In this document: positions 37,754 to 48,283 of the stretch, in pieces
Layout of the letters: each line of letters starts with the position of its first letter
Numbering within the stretch: the first letter of the stretch is position 1
DNA from: an uncultured Caproiciproducens sp.
GTDB lineage: Bacteria > Bacillota > Clostridia > Oscillospirales > Acutalibacteraceae
DNA length: 64,000 nucleotides
Reading direction: 5' to 3'
Assembly: GCA_963664915.1 (NCBI GenBank)
Contig: OY761810.1
Coordinates: forward strand, 446,661-510,660
Notes under the pieces: model-generated
Told to the model about the DNA's origin: nothing
Databases searched by the model: none
What the model saw: only the letters and a program-made list of their open reading frames with translations
Made by a program: the position numbers and the translations under genes

Positions 37754-37777
37754 ATCTAATATTAAAGGAGAATTAAC

Positions 37778-39052
37778 TTGAGTCATTATCATATTGATAC
37801 AAACTGCATCCACGCCGGATATGAGCCAAAAAACGGCGAATCACGCGTGCTCCCCATTGTGCAGAGCACAACCTTTAAATATGACAGTGCCGAAATGCTC
37901 GGTGAGCTTTTCGACCTGAAATCCGACGGTTTCTTTTACACCCGCCTCGGCAACCCGACCATTGATGGTGTCGAGAAGAAAATTGCTGCTCTTGAAGGCG
38001 GAGTCGGCGCTCTGCTGACTTCCTCCGGTCAGGCCGCTTCAATGATCTCGGTACTCAACATCTGCCACGCAGGCGGCCATGTGGTCTGCTCCAGCGCAAT
38101 TTACGGCGGCACATTCAATCTTTTTTACAAGACAATGCGTGAAATGGGTCTGGAGTTCACATTCCTTTCCCCAGAATGCACCGAAGAAGAGCTAAACGCG
38201 GCTTTTCAGCCAAACACACGCTGTGTCTTTGCCGAAACACTCTCCAATCCGTCTTTGATTGTGACTGATCTTGAGATGTTCGTAAAAGCGGCGCACGCGC
38301 ATGGCGTTCCCGTTATTGTTGACAACACCTTCCCGACGCCGGTCAACTGCCGCCCGTTTGAATTCGGTGTTGATATCGTAACCCATTCCACCACCAAGTA
38401 CATGGACGGTCATGCCGTTCAGGTCGGCGGCGTCATTGTGGACAGCGGAAATTTCGACTGGGGAAACGGCAAATTCCCCGGACTGACCGAGCCCGACGAA
38501 TCCTATCACGGAATTGTTTATACCAAACAATTCGGCAAGGCGGCCTACATTACAAAAGCCCGTACCCACCTGATGAGGGACCTGGGCGCACAGTCCAGCC
38601 CAAACAATGCGTTTTTGCTTAATTTAGGACTGGAAACGCTCGCGGTAAGGATGGACCGGCATTGTTCCAATGCAATGGCTGTGGCAATTCATCTTGAACA
38701 AAACGACCAGATCGCATGGGTAAACTATCCGGGATTAAAAAGCAGCAAGTATTACAAGCTTGCTAAAAAATATATGCCGGGCGGCACCTGCGGTGTCATT
38801 TCATTTGGTATAAAGGGCGGCCGTGAAGCCGCTGTCAAATTCATGGAGGGCCTGAAGCTCGCATCCATTGTCATCCATGTTGCGGATTTGCGCACCTGCG
38901 TGCTTCATCCGGCCAGTACTACGCACCGCCAGCTGAATGACGAACAGCTTGCGGAGGCCGGGATCAGTCCCGACATGATACGGATGTCGGTTGGTATTGA
39001 AAATGTCGAGGACATTATTGAAGATATTAACCAGTCGCTCGAAAACCTGTAA
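37778..39052 (+). CDS. metY: O-acetylhomoserine sulfhydrylase (aminocarboxypropyltransferase)
   Basis: Full-length Cys/Met PLP family with MetY-type features (IHAGYEP.., YTRLGNPT, HSTTKYMDGHA, long C-terminal insert). TTG start 7 nt after AAAGGAG. Confidence 0.88.
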   Translation: MSHYHIDTNCIHAGYEPKNGESRVLPIVQSTTFKYDSAEMLGELFDLKSDGFFYTRLGNPTIDGVEKKIAALEGGVGALLTSSGQAASMISVLNICHAGGHVVCSSAIYGGTFNLFYKTMREMGLEFTFLSPECTEEELNAAFQPNTRCVFAETLSNPSLIVTDLEMFVKAAHAHGVPVIVDNTFPTPVNCRPFEFGVDIVTHSTTKYMDGHAVQVGGVIVDSGNFDWGNGKFPGLTEPDESYHGIVYTKQFGKAAYITKARTHLMRDLGAQSSPNNAFLLNLGLETLAVRMDRHCSNAMAVAIHLEQNDQIAWVNYPGLKSSKYYKLAKKYMPGGTCGVISFGIKGGREAAVKFMEGLKLASIVIHVADLRTCVLHPASTTHRQLNDEQLAEAGISPDMIRMSVGIENVEDIIEDINQSLENL

Positions 39053-39080
39053 AACAACATACTAAAAGGCGGAGCAGCTG

Positions 39081-40705
39081 CTCAATGTCAATAAGATAAG
39101 AATAAATGAAAAAGAGTCGAGTATCTGAAAAGATACCCGGCTCTTTTTCTGTAACAAATGCAAAAAAATTATCAAAAATAACTTGACAAAACACAAAAAA
39201 TTTGCGGCGAAGCCTTTGAGAAGAAATTATTTTTGGAGGCTGGCCGATGAAAAGCAAATCTGTATCCGTAAAGAAAAAGCTCATATCCTTAATCCACGAG
39301 ATATCCCAAGCACCCGACTTGTTCGTTAAAACTCCAGGCAGGGATTTCACCCGCAACCGAAAACTGCCTTTGGAAACGATGCTGAAGCTACTCATCTCCA
39401 TAGGAGGCGGCAGTTTGGCCAAAGAATTGTTGGCCTTTCATGACTTTGACTCGAACACCGCGACCAGTTCTGCGTTCATTCAGCAGCGCGAAAAGCTTCT
39501 TCCCAACGCGTTTGAATTTCTACTGCACGAATTTACTGCCACAGCTTCGCCAAGGTGTTTTCACGGCTATCGCCTGCTTGCCGTAGATGGATCAGACGTT
39601 CATATTCCAACAAATCCAAAGCATGAGGACAGCTTTTTCAGCGGAGGCGATCATGCAAAGGGCTACAACCTGCTTCACCTGAACGCGATCTATGACCTTT
39701 GCAGTAAGTTGTTTGTGGATGTTTTGCTCCAGCCACGCAAACGTCTGAATGAACATTTGGCTCTGACTGCCATGGCTGACCGTTCGTACATTGCAGACAA
39801 GGTAATCCTTGTTGCTGACAGAGGATATGAAAGCTACAACAGCATTGCCCATCTTGAACAAAAAGGCTGGAACTATGTGATTCGTGTACGCGGCAAAAGC
39901 GGTATTGTTTCCCGCCTCCGCCTGCCGGAAACCGATGAGTTTGACATCCCCGTTTCCTTCTCCCTCACGAGAAAACAGACAAAGCAGGTAAAATTACAGC
40001 CTGAGCGTTACTGGTTCCTCCCTTCTAATACGCATTTTGATTATCTGAATGATACCAACAGTCTATATTCCATAGCATTCCGTGTCGTGCGCCTCAGAAT
40101 TGCAGATAACTGTTATGAAACACTTCTTACAAATCTGAACCCCTGTGAATTCCCGGCCAACGCGCTGAAAGATGTTTATAGGCTGCGCTGGGGAATTGAG
40201 ACTTCCTTTCGCGAGCTGAAATATGCTGTCGGGCTACTCAATTTTCACTCAAAAAAGGTGGAGTACGTTACACAGGAAATCTTCGCACAACTGATTATGT
40301 ACAACTTTTCTATGATGATTACCTCGTCCGTAATCATTCAACAAAGCGACACAAAGTATGCCTACCAGGTCAACTTTACTCAGGCCATACATATCTGTGG
40401 ATTCTATTTCCGATGTCGTAACGGTACTCCACCCGACGTTGAAGCCCTCATACGCAGATATATCCTCCCAATCCGACCGGGGCGAAGTAACCAGCGCAAT
40501 ATCCGATACCGCTCGGCTGTAAGCTTCCTATACAGAGTAGCATAATTTTACTTTCATAAACAAGTCTTTTTCGCAGATTATTCATCTGCCTGCTTTGCTA
40601 TGCCCAAAATTAGAAAAAAACGGCTTGGCACGCTTTTCTGCACGCCATTCCGCTTTCCTCTCTTTTACAGCATTTTTCAATTCTGACTATCTTATTGACA
40701 TTGAG
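39081..40705 (+). mobile_element. IS4-family insertion sequence (intact)
   Basis: 18-bp terminal inverted repeats ctcaatgtcaataagata (39081-39098) and tatcttattgacattgag (40688-40705). One DDE transposase ORF. Flanked by cagctg on both sides, although the target is itself palindromic, so the IR/TSD boundary is ambiguous. Confidence 0.8.
39247..40545 (+). CDS. IS4-family DDE transposase
   Basis: DDE residues in context (AVDGSDV; VADRGYES; GIETSFRELK), with the exact Y-(2)-R-(3)-E-(6)-K signature YRLRWGIETSFRELK. Confidence 0.9.
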   Translation: MKSKSVSVKKKLISLIHEISQAPDLFVKTPGRDFTRNRKLPLETMLKLLISIGGGSLAKELLAFHDFDSNTATSSAFIQQREKLLPNAFEFLLHEFTATASPRCFHGYRLLAVDGSDVHIPTNPKHEDSFFSGGDHAKGYNLLHLNAIYDLCSKLFVDVLLQPRKRLNEHLALTAMADRSYIADKVILVADRGYESYNSIAHLEQKGWNYVIRVRGKSGIVSRLRLPETDEFDIPVSFSLTRKQTKQVKLQPERYWFLPSNTHFDYLNDTNSLYSIAFRVVRLRIADNCYETLLTNLNPCEFPANALKDVYRLRWGIETSFRELKYAVGLLNFHSKKVEYVTQEIFAQLIMYNFSMMITSSVIIQQSDTKYAYQVNFTQAIHICGFYFRCRNGTPPDVEALIRRYILPIRPGRSNQRNIRYRSAVSFLYRVA

Positions 40706-40753
40706 CAGCTGCTCCGCCTTTTTCATTTGTTAATTAAATGCCATTTTGTGCGC

Positions 40754-41476
40754 TTAATAAAACGTATAGAGCGACTTATACGGATTCTTGGTATTCGGCG
40801 TCAGAACGTAAAAGTTCCTGGAAAGCACTTCCTGTTTATCGATTTTAAAAAGACTGCAAAACTCATCAAGATAACCGTCGATTTCTGCCATGTCTTCCGC
40901 AGAAGCGGGAGCCGCCTGCACCTGTACCGGCAAATCCTCCGGAAGCGCCTCGCAGCGCAGATAAATCTTGCCGCCATGCATTCCCGTTCCGCAAAGGTTG
41001 CCCACGGGAACTTTGTTCGTAGAGTCCAGACCGAGTACGACAATGGTGCCGCCGGCCAGATATTCGCCCAAAAAGCTGCCGGTCTCGCCGCCGATCATAA
41101 TCAGCGGATGATGTGTCTGATACTCCTTCATATGAATACCCGCACGGTAGCCCGCGTTGTACCGCACATAAATCTTGCCGCCCCGCATCGCATAGCCCGT
41201 GGCGTCTCCGCTGGAGCCGTTGATGATGATTGCGCCCTCATTCATGGTGTCGCCGGTGGCATCCTGTGCGTTTCCGTTCACTTCAATGGTCGCGCCGTTC
41301 AGATAGCAACCCAGATCATTGCCCGGCACACCGTTGACCGTAATGTGTTTGCCGCTCATGCCGGAGCCGATATAGCGCTGCCCAAGGCAATTGTCGATTG
41401 TGATGTCCGTGTCCGCCGATACGCGGATTTCATCATTTAAATCCTTAAAATGTTTATTTTCAGCATTGATTTTCAT
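40754..41476 (-). CDS. glutamate synthase GXGXG-domain subunit (GltB C-terminal-domain-like)
   Basis: Repeated GxGxG beta-helix motifs (GQRYIGSGMSGKHITVNGVPGNDLGCYLNGATIEVNGNAQDATG..GGKIYV). Confidence 0.9.
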   Translation of the reverse strand: MKINAENKHFKDLNDEIRVSADTDITIDNCLGQRYIGSGMSGKHITVNGVPGNDLGCYLNGATIEVNGNAQDATGDTMNEGAIIINGSSGDATGYAMRGGKIYVRYNAGYRAGIHMKEYQTHHPLIMIGGETGSFLGEYLAGGTIVVLGLDSTNKVPVGNLCGTGMHGGKIYLRCEALPEDLPVQVQAAPASAEDMAEIDGYLDEFCSLFKIDKQEVLSRNFYVLTPNTKNPYKSLYTFY

Positions 41477-42714
41477 TCTTTGGCACCTCCGAGCTTAACG
41501 GCTCTTTCTGTCGCGGTAAACGCCATGAGCTGGGGTTTTTCTTTAATCAATTCGTAATCAACGGTATCAAGCGGGGTCTTTTCGCGAATCAGCGAAGTGT
41601 AAATCCCTGCCCTTGCAACATCGCCGATCAGGATATATCCTTTTAATAAATTGTCTTTGGAAACAATTTTTTTGTAAGTTTTATCGGTTTTTACCACATA
41701 GGCTTCCCCGTCATAGCTGCCGGCGGTGATGATATGCAAGCCGAAAAATCCGATTGCGTTCATGGGGATGGCCTTGCCATAGTTTTTTTCTCCGCCCGCC
41801 ATATTGATTCCGGCGGTTTCACCCTGCATGTATGCGTTCGGCAAAAGTGCCAGCACGCGGTACTGGTCGGACGTGATGTCATAGCTTTCACTGCAGTCGC
41901 CCGCCGCATAAACACCATCAAGATTCGTGGCGCAGTGTTCATCAGAAAGAATTCCCTTATTTACTTTGCAGCCGATGTCCGCGGCAAGCTTCGTTTCCGG
42001 CCGCACGCCGACCGCTACAACCAGAACATCAAATTGCAGCTCCGCTCCGCTTTTCAGCAGGGCGGAATTTTTGTGGAACTGTGCGACGCTGTCGCTCAGA
42101 ATAAACTTTACACCCTGCTCCTCAATATGCTTCTGCATGATTTCAGAACCTGTTTCATCAAGAATGCTGGGCAGGATGCGCGGAGCCAAATCCACCACGG
42201 TGATCTCTTTCACTTTGCCGGAGATTCCCTCGGCACATTTCAGCCCGATCAGCCCCGCGCCGATAATCAGCACACGGCTTTCCCTGGTAATAACCGTCTG
42301 AATGGCTGTGGCGTCGTCCAGCTTCATAAAGCTGTATTTTTGTTCTACCTCTTCCAGTCCCGCCATGGGCGGCACAAAGGGCGAGGACCCGGTTGCAAAA
42401 AGCAGTTTATCGAACGCAACTTCATTTCCGTTGTCCAATAGAACTTTTTTATCGTCATAATCCACCTTTGTAACCGCAACCCCAAGAATGGGAAGAACAC
42501 CGTTGTCTTCATAAAAGCTGTCAGGACGGTATTTCATACGCTGTTGCGTGGTTTTACCGTAAAGGAGGTAGGAAATGAGCGGACGTGAATAAACATGATG
42601 CGGTTCTTTGGAAATCACCGTAATTCCCCCTGTTTTGTCCACAGAACGGATTCCTTCGATGCAGCCAACCGCGGCGGCCGAATTTCCGATAATTACATAA
42701 TTCATTCTATTCAC
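41473..42714 (-). CDS. FAD/NAD(P)-dependent pyridine nucleotide-disulfide-family oxidoreductase
   Basis: Two dinucleotide-binding motifs (VIIGNSAAAVG; LIIGAGLIGLKCAE) and AAGDC. 4-nt overlaps with both neighbouring genes. Confidence 0.85.
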   Translation of the reverse strand: MNRMNYVIIGNSAAAVGCIEGIRSVDKTGGITVISKEPHHVYSRPLISYLLYGKTTQQRMKYRPDSFYEDNGVLPILGVAVTKVDYDDKKVLLDNGNEVAFDKLLFATGSSPFVPPMAGLEEVEQKYSFMKLDDATAIQTVITRESRVLIIGAGLIGLKCAEGISGKVKEITVVDLAPRILPSILDETGSEIMQKHIEEQGVKFILSDSVAQFHKNSALLKSGAELQFDVLVVAVGVRPETKLAADIGCKVNKGILSDEHCATNLDGVYAAGDCSESYDITSDQYRVLALLPNAYMQGETAGINMAGGEKNYGKAIPMNAIGFFGLHIITAGSYDGEAYVVKTDKTYKKIVSKDNLLKGYILIGDVARAGIYTSLIREKTPLDTVDYELIKEKPQLMAFTATERAVKLGGAKE

Positions 42715-43145
42715 CTCTCCTCAAACACGATGGCCCTGTTCGGACAGCCCTGTACACACGCGGGTTCTCCGAACAGGTTGTTCGTGCAAAGCTCGCATTT
42801 TTGAATGACGCTTCCGTCGCTGCCCGGCATGATTGCGCCGTAAGGACAAACCATGATGCAGGTGTAGCAGCCCACACATTTATCCTTGTTGACCTCAATT
42901 ACGCCGTTGTCCACGCTGAGCGCGCCGGTTATGCAGCTTTTTACACACAGCGGTTCCGTACAGTGGCGGCAGGAGACGGCAAAGCTGATTCCCTGATTAT
43001 TTTCTTCAATTTTGATTCTCGGATTAATATGAATATCCTTCAGCGCCTTGACCATATCGTTGCTGCCGGAATTGGCAAAAGCGCAGTTATATTCGCAAAG
43101 ATGGCATCCGAGGCACCATTTCTCATTTACATATATCCTTTTCAT
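42711..43145 (-). CDS. 4Fe-4S ferredoxin-domain protein
   Basis: 144 aa with multiple Cys clusters (CLGCHLCEYNC; CRHCTEPLCVKSC; CVGCYTCIMVCP; CELC..C..C). Confidence 0.85.
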   Translation of the reverse strand: MKRIYVNEKWCLGCHLCEYNCAFANSGSNDMVKALKDIHINPRIKIEENNQGISFAVSCRHCTEPLCVKSCITGALSVDNGVIEVNKDKCVGCYTCIMVCPYGAIMPGSDGSVIQKCELCTNNLFGEPACVQGCPNRAIVFEER

Positions 43146-43148
43146 CGC

Positions 43149-44657
43149 TTATTCCCCCGCATGCTTGATACCAAGAATTTCAAGCTCTTTTTCGTTTAAT
43201 CCGATTCCGCGCAGCATCAGGCGGTTGCCCTTGAGCGCTTCAATCGAATTGATTCCCATACCGCCCATCATTTCCTTAATTTCGTGCTGCCACGCGGAAA
43301 CGAGGTTGACAAGGCGTTTATAACCGATGTCGGGGTTCAGGCGTTTCACAAGGTCAGGTCTCTGTGTGGCAATGCCCCAGTTGCATTTGCCCGTCTGGCA
43401 GCTGCGGCAAAGATGGCAGCCCAGCGCCAGAAGCGCCGCTGTTGCAATGTAAACCGCATCCGCGCCCAAAGCGATTGCCTTGACGATATCCGCGGAGTTG
43501 CGGATGCTGCCGCCGACCACAATGGAAACGTTGTTGCGGATTTTCTCCTCACGCAGCCTCTCGTCCACAGCGGCCAAAGCAAGTTCAATCGGGATACCGA
43601 CATTGTCGCGGATTCTGGTCGGTGCCGCGCCGGTGCCTCCGCGGTAACCGTCGATGGCAATGATATCGGCGCCGCTGCGGGCAATGCCGCTGGCGATGGC
43701 CGCAACATTGTGAACGGCCGCAATTTTGACAATTACCGGTTTTTTGTAATTGGTGGCTTCTTTCAGGGAATAAACAAGCTGACGAAGATCCTCAATGGAA
43801 TAAATGTCGTGGTGAGGCGCGGGTGAGATTGCGTCCGAACCTTCCGGAATCATTCTGGTACGGGAAACGTCTCCGACAATTTTCGCCCCCGGCAGATGCC
43901 CGCCGATGCCCGGTTTTGCGCCCTGCCCTATCTTAATTTCGATTGCGGCCCCGGCCTCAAGGTAATCCTTATATACGCCGAAACGTCCGGAGGCAACCTG
44001 AACAATGGTGTTTGCGCCATATTTGTAAAAATCTTCGTGCAGGCCGCCCTCACCGGTATTGTAATAAATGCCAAGCTCCTGGGCGGCTCTCGCGAGGCTT
44101 TCATGTGCATTGTAGCTGATGGAGCCGTAGCTCATGGCCGAGAACATAATCGGCACGGAAAGCTCCAGATTCGGAGGCAGGTTAGTCGTATCGATGCTGC
44201 CGTCCGGATTGCGCTGAAGGGCTTCCGGTCTTTTGCCTAAAAAGGTCTTGGTTTCCATCGGTTCGCGCAGCGGGTCAATGGACGGATTGGTAACCTGCGA
44301 CGCATTAATCAGGATTTTATCCCAATAGACCGGATACGGTTTCGGATTCCCCATGGAGGAAAGCAGCATGCCGCCCGACCCCGCCTGACGGTACACCTCA
44401 CCGATGACCTCATTGGTCCAGTTGGCGTTTGTTTTAAATGTATGGTCTGTTTTCACGATTTTCAAAGCCCTTGTCGGGCAAAGCGACACACAGCGGTGAC
44501 AGTTGACGCATTTGGATTCGTCGCTCTTCATCAAATTCAATTCCGTATCGTAGGAATGAACCTCATTGGCACATTGTCGTTCGCACACGCGGCAGGCAAT
44601 GCAGCGCTGCGGATTACGGATTACTTCATATTCAGGATATAAGAAATCAACAGGCAT
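43149..44657 (-). CDS. glutamate synthase FMN/[3Fe-4S] domain subunit with N-terminal ferredoxin domain
   Basis: GltS FMN-domain motifs (SAMSYGSIS; QGAKPGIGGHLPG; ISPAPHHDIYSIEDL; DGYRGGTGAAP; GGSIRNSADIVKAIALGAD). N-terminal CxxCxxCxxxC x2. Confidence 0.9.
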   Translation of the reverse strand: MPVDFLYPEYEVIRNPQRCIACRVCERQCANEVHSYDTELNLMKSDESKCVNCHRCVSLCPTRALKIVKTDHTFKTNANWTNEVIGEVYRQAGSGGMLLSSMGNPKPYPVYWDKILINASQVTNPSIDPLREPMETKTFLGKRPEALQRNPDGSIDTTNLPPNLELSVPIMFSAMSYGSISYNAHESLARAAQELGIYYNTGEGGLHEDFYKYGANTIVQVASGRFGVYKDYLEAGAAIEIKIGQGAKPGIGGHLPGAKIVGDVSRTRMIPEGSDAISPAPHHDIYSIEDLRQLVYSLKEATNYKKPVIVKIAAVHNVAAIASGIARSGADIIAIDGYRGGTGAAPTRIRDNVGIPIELALAAVDERLREEKIRNNVSIVVGGSIRNSADIVKAIALGADAVYIATAALLALGCHLCRSCQTGKCNWGIATQRPDLVKRLNPDIGYKRLVNLVSAWQHEIKEMMGGMGINSIEALKGNRLMLRGIGLNEKELEILGIKHAGE

Positions 44658-45751
44658 TATGCATCCACCCCCTTGTTTAATGTTACAATAACAGGTACTC
44701 CGCCCCTGGGCGCCCAGGTTTTATCCGGATTCTGTTCAATCGCCCTGATGGCGCATTCTTCGCTTGCGACATAGGTCATGTCGCCCTTTTCGGCGACAAC
44801 CATGGAGCGCAGCTTCAGACGGTCGTTCAACGCCATCATTCCGCCGCTGAATCCAAGAAGAATAGAGAACGGTCCCGTAATCAGAAGACTTGAAAACACA
44901 TTGCGCAGATAGGTGAACTTTTCTTTTTCCGCCTGCGGCATTCTGTCAATCTCATTCCAGAACGGCGCTGCGATTACATCCGCGACTTCTTTCAGACTGA
45001 GCTTCTGTTTACGGTTCAGGTAATCAATGATATAGGTAATCACCTCGGTGTCGGTCAAAAGCGTGCATTTGTAGCCGAACATTTCAATAAAGCGGCGGTT
45101 CGCGTCGTAGGACGAAATTTCACCGTTATGTACAATGGAATAATCCAGCATGGCAAACGGATGCGCTCCGCCCCACCAGCCCGGCGTGTTTGTCGGGTAA
45201 CGCCCGTGCGCCGTCCAGCAGTAGCCCTCGTATTTATCAAGGCAGTAATATCTTCCGACATCTTCCGGAAAACCGACAGCCTTAAACACACCCATATTTT
45301 TTCCGCTGGAAAATACATAAGCGTCCTTGATCTGTGTGTTGATTTTCACAATGCAGCGCGCCACGAATTCTTTTTCATCAAGCTGTGTGTCTTTGAGCAG
45401 CTTTTCAAAAGGAAGCCCGAAATAGCGCCAAATTGCAGGTTCATCTGTAATTACCGGCATTTTTCGAGTCGGAATTTTCTCAGCGACGGTCACATCAAAA
45501 TTTGACATGATCTCTTTTTCACATTCCTCTTTGGCACGGGCACTGCCGTAAAATACGTGAAAGGCATATAAATCCTTATTGCGCGGATAGATGCCGTAGG
45601 CCGCGAATCCTCCGCCGAGCCCGTTGCTGCGGTCGTGCATGGTGGTAATGGACTGGATGATGGCCTCGCCATTCATTTTCTTTCCGCTGCGCGAAAAAAT
45701 TCCCGATATGGCGCAGCCCGAAGGTATCCTTACATCTCCCTCTTTTTGCAT
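44657..45751 (-). CDS. class II (Ntn) glutamine amidotransferase subunit of split glutamate synthase
   Basis: Motifs ..IPSGCAISGIF.., HDRSNGLGGGFA and HGRYPTNTPGWWGGAHPF. The ATG at 45751 is preceded by GGGAGG; the track start at 45772 is a TTG without a Shine-Dalgarno sequence. Confidence 0.9.
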   Translation of the reverse strand: MQKEGDVRIPSGCAISGIFSRSGKKMNGEAIIQSITTMHDRSNGLGGGFAAYGIYPRNKDLYAFHVFYGSARAKEECEKEIMSNFDVTVAEKIPTRKMPVITDEPAIWRYFGLPFEKLLKDTQLDEKEFVARCIVKINTQIKDAYVFSSGKNMGVFKAVGFPEDVGRYYCLDKYEGYCWTAHGRYPTNTPGWWGGAHPFAMLDYSIVHNGEISSYDANRRFIEMFGYKCTLLTDTEVITYIIDYLNRKQKLSLKEVADVIAAPFWNEIDRMPQAEKEKFTYLRNVFSSLLITGPFSILLGFSGGMMALNDRLKLRSMVVAEKGDMTYVASEECAIRAIEQNPDKTWAPRGGVPVIVTLNKGVDA

Positions 45752-46009
45752 AAAAAACTGACCTCCCTGCAATTCTATGATTTTGGCGCATTTTCATGCT
45801 CCATGGTTAAAATTGCGAATATTGCAGCTGGTTGCTGCGTAGTAGTGGTTTTTAGTTTTTATAATATAATGTTTACGCGCTAATGTCAATAGATTCTGCA
45901 TAATTCTGCCATCAGAATTGCAATGCAGTGTAAATTTCCATAAAACTTTACTAATAACAAGGCGGTTCTGCATGTAATATTATCAAATCTTGCAAATTTT
46001 AATTTTTTG

Positions 46010-46038
46010 TTGACATTCTTATTTCACTGTCATATAAT
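46010..46038 (+). promoter_or_regulatory. consensus sigma-A promoter for glnN
   Basis: TTGACA (46010-46015) - 17 nt - TATAAT (46033-46038), about 90 nt upstream of the glnN ATG. Confidence 0.55.
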
Positions 46039-46129
46039 AATTGCATAGCAGCAAAGGCGCTGTAGGGATTTGCCCTATAGGGCCTTATTTTTATATTCTT
46101 TTTTGTAATTTATGTAGGGAGTGATTTTA

Positions 46130-48223
46130 ATGAGCAATATTCCTGAATTGTTCGGCAGCATGGTATTCAACGATACCGTGATGAAGGAAAAACTGCCAAA
46201 GGACACCTATAAGGCTCTGAGAAAAACCCGAGAGCAGGGCAAACCGTTGGATGCACATGTTGCGAATGTAGTCGCAAACGCGATGAAAGATTGGGCAGTC
46301 GAAAAGGGGGCGACCCACTTTACCCACTGGTTCCAGCCAATGACCGGAATCACTGCGGAAAAGCACGACAGCTTTATCTATCCGGTTGAAAACGGCAAGA
46401 TCATTATGGAGTTTTCAGGCAAGGAACTGATTAAAGGCGAACCCGATGCTTCAAGCTTTCCGTCCGGCGGACTGAGGGCTACCTTTGAAGCAAGAGGCTA
46501 CACCGCTTGGGATCCTACCAGCAATGCATTCATTAAAGACGGCTCCCTTTGCATTCCGACAGCGTTTTGCTCCTATGGCGGCGAAGCGCTTGATAAAAAA
46601 ACCCCTCTGCTGCGTTCCATGGACGCAATTGACAAGCAGGCGATGAGAATTTTAAAACTGTTCGGCAACACGGAAGCCCACCGCGTCATTACAACGGTCG
46701 GACCGGAACAGGAATACTTTTTGATTGACAAGGCAATGTACGAGAAAAGAAAAGACCTGATCTATACCGGCAGAACGCTGTTCGGCGCAAAGCCTCCAAA
46801 GGGTCAGGAACTTGAGGATCACTATTTCGGCGTCATTAAGCCGAGAGTATCCGCTTACATGAAAGAACTGGACGAAGAGCTTTGGAAGCTCGGAATTTTT
46901 GCCAAAACAAAACATAACGAAGTTGCTCCTTCCCAGCATGAGCTTGCTCCTATCTTTACCACAAGCAACGTGGCATCCGACCAAAACCAGCTCACAATGG
47001 AGGTCATGAAGAAAATTGCCACAAAACACGGTCTTACCTGCCTTCTTCATGAAAAACCGTTTGCCGGCATTAACGGAAGCGGCAAGCACAACAACTGGAG
47101 CATTTCAACCGATACAGGCGTAAACCTTTTGGAACCGGGCGATTCTCCGCGTGAAAACGCACAGTTCCTGCTTTTCCTTGCATCCATTATCAAAGCGGTT
47201 GACGATCATCAGGATTTGCTCCGCATTTCCGTCGCAAGCGCCGGAAACGATCACCGTCTTGGCGCAAATGAGGCTCCTCCGGCAATCGTATCCATGTTCA
47301 TCGGCGACGAATTGATGGGCATTCTGAAATCCATCGAAGACGGCACTGTATACAAGCAGAAGGACAAAGCCTTCATGAATATCGGTTCAGACATTCTTCC
47401 TTCCTTCCCGAAGGATTCTACCGACAGAAACCGTACTTCTCCTTTCGCTTTCACCGGCAATAAGTTTGAGTTCCGTATGCTTGGTTCGACTGTTTCCATT
47501 TCGTGCCCGAACATCATGCTCAACACCATCATTGCCGACGCATTGTGCGGCTTTGCCGACGAACTTGAAAAAGCGGATGATTTTAATGCTAAGCTGACAG
47601 AGCTTGTTAAGAAGACCATGAAGGAACACAGCCGCATCATCTTCAACGGCAACAACTATTCCGAAGAGTGGTTACAGGAAGCCCAAAAGCGCGGCCTTTT
47701 GAATTTGCGTTCCACAGCGGATGCACTCCCTTATTATATCAGTGACGCGAATGTGGCTTTATTCGAAAAATACGGCGTTCTGTCGAAAACCGAAACTTAT
47801 TCCCGTTATGAAATTCAGCTTGAAAACTACTGCAAGCAAATTCATATTGAAGCATTGACCATGGTGGATATGATCAAGAAAGATATCCTGCCTGCGGCAT
47901 GCTCCTATATGAAGGATCTGAGCAAAGAAGCAATCAATAAAAAACAGCTTTGCGCCGATATCAGCTGTGAGCTGGAAGAAATTCTTTTAAAGAAGCTTTC
48001 CACACTCAGCTCTGACTTATATAAGAAAATGAGTCTGCTTGACGAAACTGTTGAGCCCGAAAAAGAGTTTTCGGATGTTCTTGAGAAGGCAAAATACTAC
48101 CGCAACAAGGTGTTTACCGCAATGGAGGACACCCGTGTCATCGCAGATGAAATCGAGAGTATGGTCGGCGAAAAATACTGGCCGTATCCGACATACGGCG
48201 ACCTGCTTTTCAGCGTAGTTTAA
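46130..48223 (+). CDS. glnN: glutamine synthetase type III
   Basis: About 697 aa. The N-terminus ([28 protein letters not shown]) and motifs ([15 protein letters not shown]; [10 protein letters not shown]; [14 protein letters not shown]) are typical of GSIII. Confidence 0.92.
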   Translation: MSNIPELFGSMVFNDTVMKEKLPKDTYKALRKTREQGKPLDAHVANVVANAMKDWAVEKGATHFTHWFQPMTGITAEKHDSFIYPVENGKIIMEFSGKELIKGEPDASSFPSGGLRATFEARGYTAWDPTSNAFIKDGSLCIPTAFCSYGGEALDKKTPLLRSMDAIDKQAMRILKLFGNTEAHRVITTVGPEQEYFLIDKAMYEKRKDLIYTGRTLFGAKPPKGQELEDHYFGVIKPRVSAYMKELDEELWKLGIFAKTKHNEVAPSQHELAPIFTTSNVASDQNQLTMEVMKKIATKHGLTCLLHEKPFAGINGSGKHNNWSISTDTGVNLLEPGDSPRENAQFLLFLASIIKAVDDHQDLLRISVASAGNDHRLGANEAPPAIVSMFIGDELMGILKSIEDGTVYKQKDKAFMNIGSDILPSFPKDSTDRNRTSPFAFTGNKFEFRMLGSTVSISCPNIMLNTIIADALCGFADELEKADDFNAKLTELVKKTMKEHSRIIFNGNNYSEEWLQEAQKRGLLNLRSTADALPYYISDANVALFEKYGVLSKTETYSRYEIQLENYCKQIHIEALTMVDMIKKDILPAACSYMKDLSKEAINKKQLCADISCELEEILLKKLSTLSSDLYKKMSLLDETVEPEKEFSDVLEKAKYYRNKVFTAMEDTRVIADEIESMVGEKYWPYPTYGDLLFSVV

Positions 48224-48283
48224 GAGCAGACAGCTTCATTAGCTTATTATGTATATTGAAATAAGAATATGAGATGCACAATG

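Noticed and set aside
40595-41440. 281-aa plus-strand ORF, and 39027..39422 on the minus strand
   Set aside because: The first runs from the IS right end antisense through the GXGXG-subunit gene. The second crosses the IS left boundary. Neither has motifs, and both are explained by the real genes on the other strand.
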